Assembly (NCBI RefSeq): GCF_039654945.1
Contig: NW_027361684.1
Location: 8,866,001-8,930,000, forward strand
Direction: 5' to 3'
Length of the DNA stretch: 64,000 nt
Source of the DNA: Dendrobates tinctorius
Taxonomy: Eukaryota
The position numbers and the translations under genes are program-made. This document shows, piece after piece, positions 1 to 12,065 of this stretch. Numbering within the stretch: position 1 is the stretch's first letter; every line of letters starts with the position of its first letter. The notes under the pieces are model-generated. The model made no database searches and was not told where the DNA came from. It saw nothing but the letters and a program-made list of their open reading frames with translations.

Positions 1-1677
1 AAAATGTCCCTCCGGAGTATTAAACGCCATCTTCCATTCATCCCCATGCTTAATGCGAATCAGATTATACGCCCCCCTGAGGTCAAGCTTGGTAAACCAG
101 CAAGCACCTTGAACTCTGGAGAATAGATCAGAAATCAGGGGTAACGGATACTGACATTTAACAGTAATTTTGTTGAGGGCACGATAGTCAATACAAGGCC
201 TTAATGAACCATCCTTTTTAGCCACGAAAAAAAACCCAGCACCTAAGGGAGAAGAGGATGGTCTAATATGACCCTTCTCCAATGCCTCCTTAATATAGGA
301 TCGCATAGCCTCGTGCTCGGGTACAGATAAATTGAAAAGCCGACCCTTGGGGAATTTACACCCCGGGTTCAGCTCAATTGCACAGTCAAAACTCCTATGA
401 GGAGGCAAAGACGCAGACTCATTCTCACTAAACACATCATAAAAGTCAGCCAAATAGTCAGGAACATCATGCGACTGGGGAGAGGTGGAGAAAACAGGAG
501 CATCACTAAGGGCACACCGACAACCCCAACTCACCACAGACAAAGATTTCAAATCCAGAACTGGATTATGGATTTGCAACCAGGGAAACCCCAGAACAAT
601 GGTATCATGCAAATTATGCAACACCAAAAATCTGCAATTTTCTTGATGGTCTGGGGCGACCCGCATTACCACCTGGGTCCAAAACTGAGTTTTATTCTTC
701 GCCAAAGGAGTAGCATCAATACCCCTCAAAGGGATAGGCATCCGCAGGGGTGTCATAGGAAATCCACAACATTTAGCAAAATCCAAGTCCATTAGGTTCA
801 GGGCTGCTCCCGAATCCACAAAAGCCTTGGCGGAAAATGTGGACAGGGAGCAGATCAGAGTAATTGCCAGAAGAAACTTAGGTTGAACACCACCCACAGA
901 AAACGTGTGTGCACAACGTTTCTCTCGTTTAGGGCAGACAGAAATAATATGCGAGGCATCTCCACAAAAAAAACACAGCTTCTTACGCCTTCTGAACTCC
1001 TGACGTTGCGCCCTAGACAAAACTCTATCACATTGCATAGGTTCAGACATTTGTTCAACAGGTGGCAACATCTCTTGTGTAGTTTTGCGTTCACGTAAAC
1101 GCCGATCCACCTGAATGGCTAATGACATAGAATCGTCAAGACCAGAGGGAACAGGAAATCCCACCATAGTATCTTTTACAGTTTCTGACAAACCCTTCCG
1201 AAAGAGGGCTGCCAAGGCACCATCATTCCAGGTAGTAAGGACCGCCCACTTTCGGAATTTTTGACAGTACAACTCTGCCGAATCCCGACCCTGGCTTAAT
1301 GCCAACAGGGTCTTTTCAGCCTGATCAATAGCATTAGGTTCATCATACAACAACCCCAAGGCTTGAAAAAATGCATTCACATTATTCAGAATAGGATCAT
1401 CAGGTTTCAAAGAAAACGCCCAATCCTGGGGATCGCCGCGCAGCAAAGAGATGACAATTTTAACCTGCTGCGCGGAGTTCCCCGACGAGTTAGGATTCAA
1501 GGCAAAAAATAATTTACAATTATTCTTGAAATTCAAGAATTTAGACCGATCCCCAAAAAACACATCAGGAGTGGGAATCTTTGGTTCAGCCGCATGTGAT
1601 GGAGCAAGATAGGTGGAAATTCCCCGCACTTCAGCAGCGAGCTGCTCCACACGATCAGACATTTGCTTCATCTCCAT
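1..1677 (-). CDS. Gypsy (sushi/Tf1-like) gag-protease-RT polyprotein, N-terminal 559 codons, runs off the left edge
   Basis: Manual translation from ATG at 1677 gave no stop down to base 1: gag (EPKIPTPDVFFGDRSKF...LLRGDPQDWA), zinc knuckle CFFCGDASHIISVC, protease AFVDSGAALN, RT start (PSSSPLGAGFFFVAKKDGSLRPCIDYRALN, FTKLDLRGAYNLIRI). Absent from the ORF track, probably because no stop lies in the window. Confidence 0.9.
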   Translation of the reverse strand, partial: MEMKQMSDRVEQLAAEVRGISTYLAPSHAAEPKIPTPDVFFGDRSKFLNFKNNCKLFFALNPNSSGNSAQQVKIVISLLRGDPQDWAFSLKPDDPILNNVNAFFQALGLLYDEPNAIDQAEKTLLALSQGRDSAELYCQKFRKWAVLTTWNDGALAALFRKGLSETVKDTMVGFPVPSGLDDSMSLAIQVDRRLRERKTTQEMLPPVEQMSEPMQCDRVLSRAQRQEFRRRKKLCFFCGDASHIISVCPKREKRCAHTFSVGGVQPKFLLAITLICSLSTFSAKAFVDSGAALNLMDLDFAKCCGFPMTPLRMPIPLRGIDATPLAKNKTQFWTQVVMRVAPDHQENCRFLVLHNLHDTIVLGFPWLQIHNPVLDLKSLSVVSWGCRCALSDAPVFSTSPQSHDVPDYLADFYDVFSENESASLPPHRSFDCAIELNPGCKFPKGRLFNLSVPEHEAMRSYIKEALEKGHIRPSSSPLGAGFFFVAKKDGSLRPCIDYRALNKITVKCQYPLPLISDLFSRVQGACWFTKLDLRGAYNLIRIKHGDEWKMAFNTPEGHF

Positions 1678-1806
1678 TGAGAGAAAAATTCCCCCTAAGG
1701 CCTCAGAGATATAGAGGAAAAAATATGCCCAAAAAGAAAATTCTGACACTTTTTTTTTTTTTTTTACAATTCTCTCCTGCTATTGAGTACCCTAGGATCT
1801 GCAGTA

Positions 1807-1819
1807 TGGCTGGTGATTT
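1807..1819 (-). promoter_or_regulatory. Self-priming-type primer binding site
   Basis: Plus-strand 1807-1820 TGGCTGGTGATTTT is the exact reverse complement of LTR 2466-2479, which lies about 22 nt downstream of a TATAA (2501-2505, minus). Confidence 0.75.
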
Positions 1820-2639
1820 TGTTATGATGAGTCACCGAAGGAGGAAAAAACAAAATACCAGCTAAGTCCAGAAAAACCAGAGAGGTTGGCAGCTATCGGA
1901 TTGCAGACCCCTGGACCTATCCACAACAACTAGCAGTAGCCGTGGCGGGTTCCTACGGTGTCCTAGACCCCTCGATCACAGCCGGAGAACTAGATAGCCT
2001 AAAGACAGAAAGGGGAAAAGCTAAACTGCCCCAGAGCAGACCCCAAAGCAATAGGCAGCCCCCAACATATAATGACGGTGAAGCAAGATGAAAACACTAA
2101 CACAGATAGAAAGATAGGTTGAGCAAATGATGGGGCCCAAGCTAACTACATAGGACAGGATAGGAAAGCTGCTGTCTGCCATCCGCAAAAACCCTATCAA
2201 AATGAGCCAACCGACTGATAGGAAAAACAGGCCCTGAAGTTGCTAGGCTTCAAAAGACTATATCAGCACTCAGGTATATTCTGAAGACAGAGCAAAATAT
2301 CAACAGATAAGAGACAAAAATGGAATTCAGCTCACCCCCGGCCGGGGATGGCAGAACTCCCAAAAAACAAGGCAAAACAAAAACAAAACTGAAGAGTACA
2401 AAACAGAGCAGAAAAACTTAGCTTTGAGAAGCAGGAATCAGACTGGTCTCCAAGAATCCAGCAGGAAAATCACCAGCCAGGAAGAAGGGCATCGGCAGCC
2501 TTATATCCAGTCCTCAATTCCAGCCACCCAGTCATCATCTAGCTGCCCAGGTGTTTGATAATCAGCCTCACTACCTTCCTTCACCAGAGGAGGGAGTTCA
2601 TCAGACCTCAATGGTGAAGGGAAAAATGAACTCACAACA
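1820..2639 (-). repeat. 5' LTR of the Gypsy element
   Basis: TGTTGTGAG...CATAACA termini on the minus strand; homologous to the LTRs at 3754, 4629 and 13949; followed directly by the PBS and gag. Confidence 0.9.
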
Positions 2640-2905
2640 CACACGGCTCCGCTCTGTCCACCTTGTACACACACGGCTCCGCTCCGTACAGCTCATACAC
2701 ACGCGGCTCCACTCCGTACTGCTCATACACACGTGGCTCCGCTCTGTTCACCTCATACACGCACGGCTCTGCTCCGTACACCCTATACACACACGGCTTT
2801 GCTCCATACACCTCGTACACATGCGACTCTGCTTTGTACACCCACGGCTCCGCTCACCTCGTACACACGACTCCGCTCACCTCGTACACACATGGCTCTG
2901 CTACA
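2640..2905. repeat. ~30-bp minisatellite (CACACGGCTCCGCTCCGTACACCTCGTACA-like)
   Basis: About 9 degenerate tandem units, apparently inside a non-autonomous DNA element whose right end is GAAACCGGCC|TAA at 5588. Confidence 0.8.
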
Positions 2906-3237
2906 TCCACCCTATAAACCCCTCCTGACCACACACAGAAACTTACCCTCATCCAGCCAGCACCATGACAACCAACACAGCAGAGTCTTGCATATATTGA
3001 GGCCCCTGATCATGTGACTCCCTGACTCCTCCCCTCCTGTGACCTCATCACAGTTCCTGTGCCACAGAACAGCCATATTGTCAGGCCAATTGCAGCCTGG
3101 CAGACAATCAAAGAACGGAGCTGCACAGCCAATGAGCGTCTGCAGCTCCGCAATCAGGCCCCTAAGGACTCCGGGCCCCATTGCAGCTGCAACCTCTGCG
3201 ACCGCTGTAGTCCCGCCCCTGCTGATGGGGGTAATAA

Positions 3238-3534
3238 GGCCCCGTCTCACATAGCGAGATCGCTAGTGATCTCGCTACATGTGACACGCAGCAGCGACCA
3301 GCCCCCCTGCTGGATATCGCTGATCGTGCAGGAATGTCCTGGGCCATTTTTTTTTCGTCGGCGTCCCGCTGACCAGCGGGCATCACTGTGTTTGATAGCT
3401 GGATCGTTGCTGCGTCACTGAAGAGATCTGCCTGTTTGGCAGCTTACTAGCGATCATTTAGCGAAGCACCAGCGTTCCCTACCAGGTCATATCGTTGTCG
3501 GGATCGCTGGTGGGTCGCTAAGTGAAACGGGACC
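3238..3534. mobile_element. Harbinger-type MITE
   Basis: TAA|GGCCCCGTCTCACATAGCGA ... TCGCTAAGTGAAACGGGACC imperfect TIRs; subterminal ATCGCT motifs shared with the ends of 41836-48614. Confidence 0.75.
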
Positions 3535-3753
3535 CAGAGTCCCATCAGTCGCCTCTTGTTCTCTGTGTTATCAGTTGAACATAACTCTCAACATTCTCCC
3601 TTGCTCATGCTGATCGCCGGATGAATAGGGAGAACGATGAGAGCCAACTTCAGCAATCAGCAACGGGGAACAGCGCTAACTGTACTGCTGCTTCCCAGGC
3701 ACCAGTACATGTGGTACTGAAGCTGCACAAGAGGGGCACATGATTGCCACATG

Positions 3754-5487
3754 TGTTGTGAATTCACTTTCTGGCCTACCTCTGGTTGCTAGAGGAACTG
3801 GTTGTATTGACAGAGGGGTCGTGAGTTCTCTTTCCGGGCTCCCTCTGGTGGTTTCAGGAGGTAATGGAGCTGATCTAATTAACAGAGGCCTGCCACCTGA
3901 TAATGAGGAGGACGATTGGACATCTGGAGTTTTTTACTGGATTTAAGACAGCCGACTCCCTCTATCCCTGCTGGTGATTTTTTCCTGCCTCCTGAGGTCT
4001 TAGTTTCCTGCTCAGTCCCTGCATGCTCAAGCTAAGTGTTCTTTTGCTATTGTTCACATTTGATTTGGTTTTGCCTATTCAGTTTTGTGTGGTCAGCCAG
4101 CCCCGGCTGGGGCTATGCTGAATTTCCATTTTTATGTTACTGCGTGTGCCAGTTTGTTTTTGTCCCTTATTAGATTGGCCTCTTTTTGCTCTGCTTTTAG
4201 AATATGCCAGAGTGCTGATATAGTGGGCGAAGTCGGGTGACTTCAGTATTTTTCTATCAGACGTGTTGGACATTTTTTTGCAGGGTTTTTTGCATGATTG
4301 CAGACAGTGTCTTTCCTTTCCTGTCCTGTCTAGTTAGTGTGGGCCCCATCGCTTGCTCAGCCTATTTTCCTACCTGTGTTTGTGTTTTCATCTTGTCTCA
4401 CCGACAATATATGTTTGGGGGCTATCTATTCCTTTGGGGTCTGCTCTGGGGCAGTTTAGATTTCCCCTTTCTTGCTTTAGGCTTATTTAGTTCTCCGGCT
4501 GTGTAGAGGCGTCTAGAATCATCGTAGGTACGCTCCACGGCTACTGCTAGTTGTGTGGATAGGATCTAGGGTCTGCAATCCGCTTAGTTACCAACCTCTC
4601 TGGTTTTTTGTGGCTTAGCTTGGTCTTGTGTTATGATTGAGTCACCGTGGAGGAAAAAACAAAACACAAGCTCAGCCCAGAAAATCAGAGAGTTTGGAAA
4701 CTAGCGGATTGCAGACCCCTGATCCTATCACACAACTAGCAGTAGCCGTGGAGTGTTCCTACGGTGATCCTAGACACCTCGTCACAGTCGGAGATTTAAT
4801 TAAGCCTAAAGAGAGAAAAGGGAAAAACTGACTGCCCCAAAGCAGACCCCAAAGCAATAGGCAGCCCCCAACATATAATGACGGTGAAGCAAGATGAAAA
4901 CACTAACACAGATAGAAAGATAGGTTGAGCAAACGATGGGGCCCAAGCTAACTAAAAAGGACAGGACAGAAAAGCTGCTGTCTGCAATCCGAGAAAACCC
5001 TCCTAAAAATTTTACCAACACAACTGATAAGCAAAAAGGACCCTGAAGTCACTAGACTTTAAACCCTATATCAGCACTCAGAATATTCTGGAAGCAGAGC
5101 AAAAGAGAACACTGATCAAGGAAAAAGAATCCAGCACACCCCCGGCCGGGGGATGGCTTAACTCAAAAAACAAGGTAAACAAAACCAAAACTAATAAGTT
5201 CAATAGCAGAGCAAAAACTAATCTTTGGAAAGCAGGAATCAGACTGGTCTCCAAGAATCCAGCAGAGAAATCACCAGCAACTCAGAACGGCGTCGGCTGC
5301 CTTATATCCAGTCTGTAGTTCCCATTACGCAGTCACAATCCACCTGATCAGATGTTTGGTTTCTTTCATCCAAATCAGCCTCACTACCTTCCTTCACCAG
5401 AAGAGGGAGATCCTCGGACACAAAAGATGAATGAACAGATGAGCTCACAACAGTCTTGCTTTCCTCTTCGGTGACCCAATCATAACA
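3754..5487 (+). mobile_element. Solo LTR (Gypsy family of 1820-2639), interrupted by a nested LTR
   Basis: TGTTGTGA start, CATAACA end at 5487, flanked on both sides by CACATG. Confidence 0.88.
4629..5452 (-). mobile_element. Nested solo LTR in opposite orientation
   Basis: Close homologue of 1820-2639; flanked on both sides by GTCTTG. Confidence 0.88.
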
Positions 5488-5689
5488 CACATGTATGCCA
5501 CAAGCATTACACACACGGAACATGGACACTAATATCTGCAGTATTGTTTTTTCCAGTACAGGAAATATCAGGACATGAGAAACCGGCCTAAGAGAGCAAA
5601 ACAGGTGTGATGATGTCACTAAATCATGCCAGCTGTGCCTCAGTACACAGCTCAGACAGAAGCAGCAGTGAAGTGGGTTTAAGTGAGTA

Positions 5690-6230
5690 GATAATTGTGT
5701 GCAAGGGGGCTGTGTGGGGCCATCATGCTGCGTGGGGGGCTGTGTGAGACTATAAGAATACGAAAAGTGTCTGTGTAAGGACATAATACTGTGCAAGGGG
5801 GCTGGGTGGGGACATAATACTGTGCACAGGAGCTGTGTGGGGACATAATACTGTGCAAGGGGGCTGGGTGGGGACATAATACTGTGCACAGGAGCTGTGT
5901 GGGGACATAATACTGTGCAAGGGGGCTGTAAGGAGACAAAAAGCTGTGCAAGGTGGCTGTTTGGGGATTTAATACTATGTAAGGGGACTGTGCGGGGACA
6001 TCACACTGCTTGGAGGCTCGGTGGTGACATGTTGTGTGAGGAGCTTTGTGCAACATCACACTGTCTGTGGGGACTTTGTCGGCCACCATTCTGTGGAGGG
6101 CCTTCTGAGTACAACATATTGTATGATGGGCTTTATGGAGATATCATACTGTTTATGCGGGCTGTGTGGGAACATTATACTGCATGGGTGCTCTGTGGTG
6201 ATATACTCTGTGAGAGGTCTTCATATTGCT
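5690..6230. repeat. ~31-bp minisatellite (GGGGACATAATACTGTGCA core)
   Basis: Tandem units, near-identical at 5780-5925 and decaying outward. Confidence 0.8.
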
Positions 6231-6829
6231 TGAGTGATAAAAACTTATAGAAAACAATAATAATGAGCAGAATTAAGTTTGGCCAACTGGTTATACCCTC
6301 CACAACAGTCACAGTCTCTTATGTAGCCCATAGGGAAAATCAATTGTCCATCCTTATATAATAATAATAATCTTTAAGTTTAAATAGCGCTAACATATTC
6401 CGCAGCGCTTTACAGTTTTTGCACACATTATCACCACTGTCCCCGATGGGGCTCACAATCTAAACTCCCTATATCATAATATACTCACAGGTTATGACTT
6501 TGACACATATAACATGGCAATCTGAACTCAATAGTCAAAGCGGCTGTCAATAGGGATGAGAGAACGTCCTCGGTGATATCACTCAAGTATCTGGGTGCTC
6601 GAATTTGCTCGTTAATCGGCGAGCATTGGGCGATGCTTTATTTTCAAACTCGAATCCCCATACCGCATGTTTGATGCCTCTTACACAGACCATAAGCATG
6701 TAGAGATTGCTTGGGCGTCATTGTAATGCCGTTAGCCATCTTGGTAGTGTCATTACTGTGATTGCCTGGCCGTGTGACTTCATCAGGGGTTATAAAAGAA
6801 TAGGCGGCACCTGGCACAGCACACTAAAG

Positions 6830-8946
6830 CCATAAGGTAACACAAGAACCATTTCCAGTGAAATGTCCAAGCTGGTTTATTGGTCCAACATAAACCATGA
6901 CAGGACTTGCAATACTTTAAGATTTCCTGGTGATATCTGAGCCAATAGAAACTCCCCATAACCCATTCTTGAGTTTTGTTCATGCCCAGATGGACAACCA
7001 AGACATGTGAATGTCCAACGTCCAACAACCTCCTCCTATATGGTCCTGGCACCAACAATTGCTCCACTATTTTCTCTCTGAGCTTAGTAACCCGGTACAA
7101 TAAATCCCCGCTCAACATAAAGCGGGGAAACCGGGTGTTAGCCCTTGGCTCCTGCACTATACCGTTTATGAAGATTACATTATCAAATGCCTTCTTTAGA
7201 GTTAGGTCCTTATGTTGGGGGACCCAAAATTTTTGCCAGTCACCCCTAATGCAGAAATGTCAGCATCAAGGGACATTACCTCCTCATCCCCCACAAGGAC
7301 AAAAAGGGGAAACCCATCAGACTCTGGATGTGGTGACACTTCTTTAGGGGCGACCCGTCTCTTACCCGAGCAACCAAGCTCTGTCCTCCTTCCTCACAAG
7401 TTCCAAAAGAAACAAAAGCCCGACCTATAGTAATGGAATGCAACAGCTCCTGGACCATGCTGACCTGGTGGGACTCAGTACCTTGGGCTATTTCAATGTC
7501 CACTCTAGCCATTGGATAGTCTTTAGCATCCCCATGAATGCAGCGGACACCAATGTTATTCCCAGGGATCAGCTGCAGAGAAAGTGTGGCCTTCAAGAGG
7601 GTCACCAAACTCCTTGAGTCTAGCAGTCGAATATACTTGCTGGCCATTCACCTTTACGGGACAAACTTGTGGCCCCTCGCTGGGTGAACAGTACACACTG
7701 TAGGCCAGATATGCATAGTATGAACAGCGGCGACGCAGGCTACAGTCCATTTGTTTGGAAGTCAACGGGTAGCTATATGGCCTGGGAAACGACATTTCCA
7801 GCATATAATATCGCCAGCTGAGACCGTCGACATAACCTTCCTCGCCCCTTTGGACTTTGGATGCCCCACCTCCTTTTGGGAAGTACCCTGTTGTGGCCCC
7901 CAGTATGGAGTGGGTTGCCTCCCCCAAGGAACCCTTGACCCTGATACATTTTGACCAGTCTGACCAGGTCATCGGCATTCTGTGGATCACCGTGGGCAAC
8001 CCAAGTCTGTATTGGCCTCGGTAGGAGTGCACAAACCGGTCCATTACCTCTCGCTCTACCATCTGTGCAGGAGTAGAGGACTCTGGCTGCAAAAATGTTT
8101 GGACTAGCTGAATCAGATCAAACATTTGAAAGCGAGGGGGTTTGCACAGTGATACCCCTAGGGGTGACCCATTATGCCCTGCCATTGTCATTCCAAGCAC
8201 GCCAAAATTTCAGTTTTCAGTTTTATATATTCCTTGGGGTCTTGTAAGGCTAAGTCATAGTAGGCCTTCTGGGGCTCTTCCGTTAAATGTGGTGCCAGCA
8301 CTTCCACCCATTGCTCTGGCAGGAGTTTCTCCCTCTTGGTGACCCATTCAAAAATGTCAAAAAATGTTATCACCCACGGACATTTTCTGCAGGACTCTCC
8401 TTTCCACCTTCCAGATGGAAAAATCATCAGCTGACCTTGGAGTCGAAGCTGCCACCGTGCCACCAGCCACCTCTGTGAGTAAATCAAACTGCTGCTGTTG
8501 ACGGTGCTGTTGCTGGATCTGTTGTCTAAGCAACTTATTTGTCTCCTGTTGCGCCAGCTGTTGCTGGTGGTGAAACTGGGCTTGTACAAGGTGTTTAACC
8601 AGGTCCTCAGTGCAGGCAAAAAAAGTAAACAGTTCTTAACAAAGTCACTTGAGATACAGTCAAGAACATAAAGGCTGGATAGCCTCCAGCAAACCGGCTC
8701 AGTCTGGAGTTATCACACAGGAGGTCTTCTCACTTCCAGATACAGACCATGTGTCAAACAAACAGACTCCATTTGGCTCTGTAAACCACACCCATGGGTG
8801 GGGTGTGTGGGCAGCAAGACCCGCCTATCTCTCAGGCTGCCCGCAAAACCTGCCCCAAATGCATCAAACAAGCCTCTTAGTACTATGTGCACTAGAGCAG
8901 TACTCTAGGTTTTCATCACAGATGACAACCTCCTCTGTAATACACA
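6830..8946 (-). mobile_element. Decayed Gmr1-like Gypsy fragment (gag, protease, integrase Zn finger)
   Basis: Broken ORFs: EQWVEVLAPHLTEEPQKAY (SCAN-related gag), LLDSRS protease, then directly HSHVLVVHLG...YCKSC integrase HHCC with no RT between. Confidence 0.7.
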
Positions 8947-8962
8947 CCTCCCATTAACCGTA

Positions 8963-10555
8963 CAATCGGTATGGAAAGTATTCAGACCCCTTTAAATTTG
9001 TCACTCTTTGTTTCATTGCAGCCATTTGGTAAATTCATAAAAGTTCATTTTTTCTCATTAATGCACACTCTGCACCCCATCTTGACTGAAAAAAAATAAA
9101 TGTAGAATTTTTTGCTAATTTATTAAAAAAGAAAAACTGAAATATCACATGGTCATAAGTATTCAGACCCTTTGCTCAGTATTGAGTAGAAGCACCCTTT
9201 TGAACTAGTACAGCCATGAGTCTTCATGGGAATGATGCAACAAGTTTTTCACACTTGGATTTGGGGATCCTCTGCCATTTTTCCTTGCAGGTCCTCTCCA
9301 GTTCCATCAGGTTGGAAGGTGAACGTTGGTGGACAGCAATTTTCAGGTCTCTCCAGAGATTCTCAATTGGGTTTAGGTCAGGGCTCTGACTGGGCCAGTC
9401 AAGAATAGTCACAGAGTTGTTCTGAAGCCCACTCCTTTGTTATTTTAGCTGTGTGCTAAGGGTTATTGTCTTGTTGGAAGGTGAACCTTCGACCAAATCT
9501 GAGGTCCAGAGCACTCTGGAAGAGGTTTTCATCCAGGATATCTCTGTACTTGGCCACATTCATGTTTCCTTCATTTGCAACCAGTCATCCTGTCCCTGCA
9601 GCTGAAAAACACCCCCATACAGCATGATGCTGCCACCACCATGTTTCACTGTTGGGATTGTATTGAGCAGGTGAAGAACAGTGCCTGGTTTTCTCCACAT
9701 ATACCATTTAGAATTATCACCAAAAAGTTCTATCTTCGTCTCATCAGACCAGAGAATCTAATTTCTCATAGTCTGGGAGTCCTTCATATGTTTTTTAGCA
9801 AACTCTATACTGGCTTTCATGTGCCTGGCACTGAGGAGAGGCTTCCGTCGGGCTATTCTGCCATAAAGGCCCGACTGGTGGAGGGCTGCAGTGATAGTTG
9901 ACTTTATGGAACTTTCTCCCCTCTCCCTACTGCATCTGTGGAGCTCAGCCACAGTGATCTTGGGGTTCTTCTTTACCTCTCTCACCAAGGCTCTTCTCCC
10001 ACGATTGCTCAGTTTGGCTGGACTGCCAGGTCTAGGAAGACTTCTGGTGGTCCCAAACTTCTTCCATTTAAGAATCATGGAGGCCACTGTGCTCTTAGGA
10101 ACCTTGAGTAGTGCAGAAATTCTTTTGTAACCTTGGCCAGATCTGTGCCTTGCCACAATTCTGTCTCTGAGCTCCTTGGCCAGTTCCTTTGACCTCATGA
10201 TTCTCATTTGGTCTGACATGCACTGTGAGCTGTGAGGTCTTATATAGACAGGTGTGTGCCTTTACAAATCAAGTCCTGTCAGTTTAATTGAACACAGACT
10301 CCAATGAAGGAGTAGAACCATCTCAAGGAGGATCACAAGGAAATAGACAGCATGTGACTGCAATATGAGTGTCTGAGCAAAGGGTCTGAATATTTATGAC
10401 CATGTGATATTTCAGTTTATCTTTTTTAACAAATTTGCAAACATTTCTACATTTCTGTTTTTTTTCCAGTCAAGAACTTTTTTTAATTTACCAAATGGCT
10501 GCAATGAAACAGAGTGAACAATTTAAAGAGGTCTGAATACTTTCCGTACCCATTG
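8963..10555 (-). mobile_element. Tc1-like transposon, near full length, transposase pseudogene
   Basis: ~200-bp TIRs (GGAAAGTATTCAGACC); ORF pieces MRSKELAKELRDRIV...RPG and [15 protein letters not shown] in different frames. Confidence 0.9.
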
Positions 10556-10574
10556 CATGTCTGGTAGCCATCTT

Positions 10575-10577
<3 letters not shown>

Positions 10578-10608
<31 letters not shown>
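10578..10608. repeat. (TA)n microsatellite
   Basis: Direct reading. Confidence 0.95.
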
Positions 10609-10610
<2 letters not shown>

Positions 10611-10624
10611 TGTGTATATATACA

Positions 10625-12065
10625 CAGTGGGGAAAATAAGTATTTGATACACTGACGATTTTGCAAGTTTTCCCAACTACAAAGAATGGAGAGGTCTGTA
10701 AGTTTTATCATAGGTACACTTTAACTGTGAGAGACAGATTCTTTAAAAAAAAAAAAAAAACAGAAAATCACATTGCATGATGTTTACATAATTAATTTAC
10801 ATTTTATTGCATGAAGTATTTACTACAATAGAAAAACATAACTTACTGTAATATTTGGTACAGAAAGCTTTTTTTGCAACCACAGAGGTCAGACATTGCC
10901 TGTAGTTCTTGAGCAAGTTTGCACACATTGTAGAAGGGATTTTGGCCCACTCCTGCATACACATCTTCGCCAGATCTTTCAGGCTTTGGGGCTGTCGTTG
11001 GGCAACATTGAGTTACCCTGGCTATGTGTTTTGGGTCATTGTGATGCTGGAAGACTCAGCCACGACCCATCTTCAATGCTCTTCCTGAGAGAAGGAGGTT
11101 GTTGGCCAAACTCTTGCAATACATGACCCCATCCATCCTCTGTTCAATACGGTGCAGTCATCCTGTCCCCTTTGCAGAAAGCACCCCCAAAGTATGATGT
11201 TTATCACCATGCTTCATGGTTGGGATGGTGTGACAGCTCTTTGGTTTTGGCCATGGTGGAGAGGTTGGGTGTCATTAATTGTCCCTTGTGAAAGCTGAGG
11301 CGAAACGTACGTTGGGCACAGCGGTCTGAGCGGTAAGCAGTCCCTATTATCTTATGGCACTAGTCCCTTTACCTTTGCACTAGTCACTTTAATTTCGACT
11401 TCTATTAATCATGTATGCCTTAATGGTATTTAAATTTAATCAAGTTTCCAGGCTTGTTTTCATTCTTGCATTTTAACACATCCATGTTGGATTAGTATCT
11501 ATATTTAGGGGCATAGTTGCAATGACATCTGATGAGGTACTGTTTTATTTATCTTATTAGCACATGCTATTTTGTTATTTATATTTTTTACAGTACCCAT
11601 TTAGTGGGCATTAATTCCCTTTCAGTGCAATATTTATTCTGCGGGCTGCCCATGAAATCATGTATTATACTTACACTTGGAATTTTCTTCTGCTCACCGC
11701 ATTTATTTTCTGTTGAGAGATTTTGTCATTCTTTATTATTTCTATTACGCTAATAAATATGTATAAAATATTTTTTAGTTGTTTTTCCTCTATATAGGTT
11801 TGTGTGTGTCTCATTGTTTGGACAGGTGTCTTTTATATCGGTAACGAGTGCTAAAAGGTGCAATTAATACAGGCAATGTGTGCAGAGTATGAGGGCTTCT
11901 TAAAGAAAAACTAACAAGTTTGTGAGAGCCAGAATTCTTGCTGGTTGGTAGGTGATCAAATACTTATTTCATGCAATAAAATGCAATTTAATTAATTAAA
12001 AATCATACAATGTTATTTTCTGCTTATTATGTTTAAATTCCGTCTGTCACAGGTGAGGTGTACCT
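10625..12065 (-). mobile_element. Tc1-like relic, internally deleted
   Basis: CAGTGGGGAAAATAAGTATTTGA end; transposase 3' remnants; partial opposite TIR at about 11955-12065. Confidence 0.75.
11280..11812 (+). mobile_element. Probable Penelope-like pLTR fragment with decayed HHR
   Basis: CCC TTGTGAA...GAAAC GTAC GTT GGG followed by an AT-rich tail, interrupting Tc1 sequence. Confidence 0.5.

Noticed and set aside
1820-5452. 1820-2639 and 4629-5452 as the two LTRs of one element
   Set aside because: The second has its own TSD, and no retroelement internal region lies between them.
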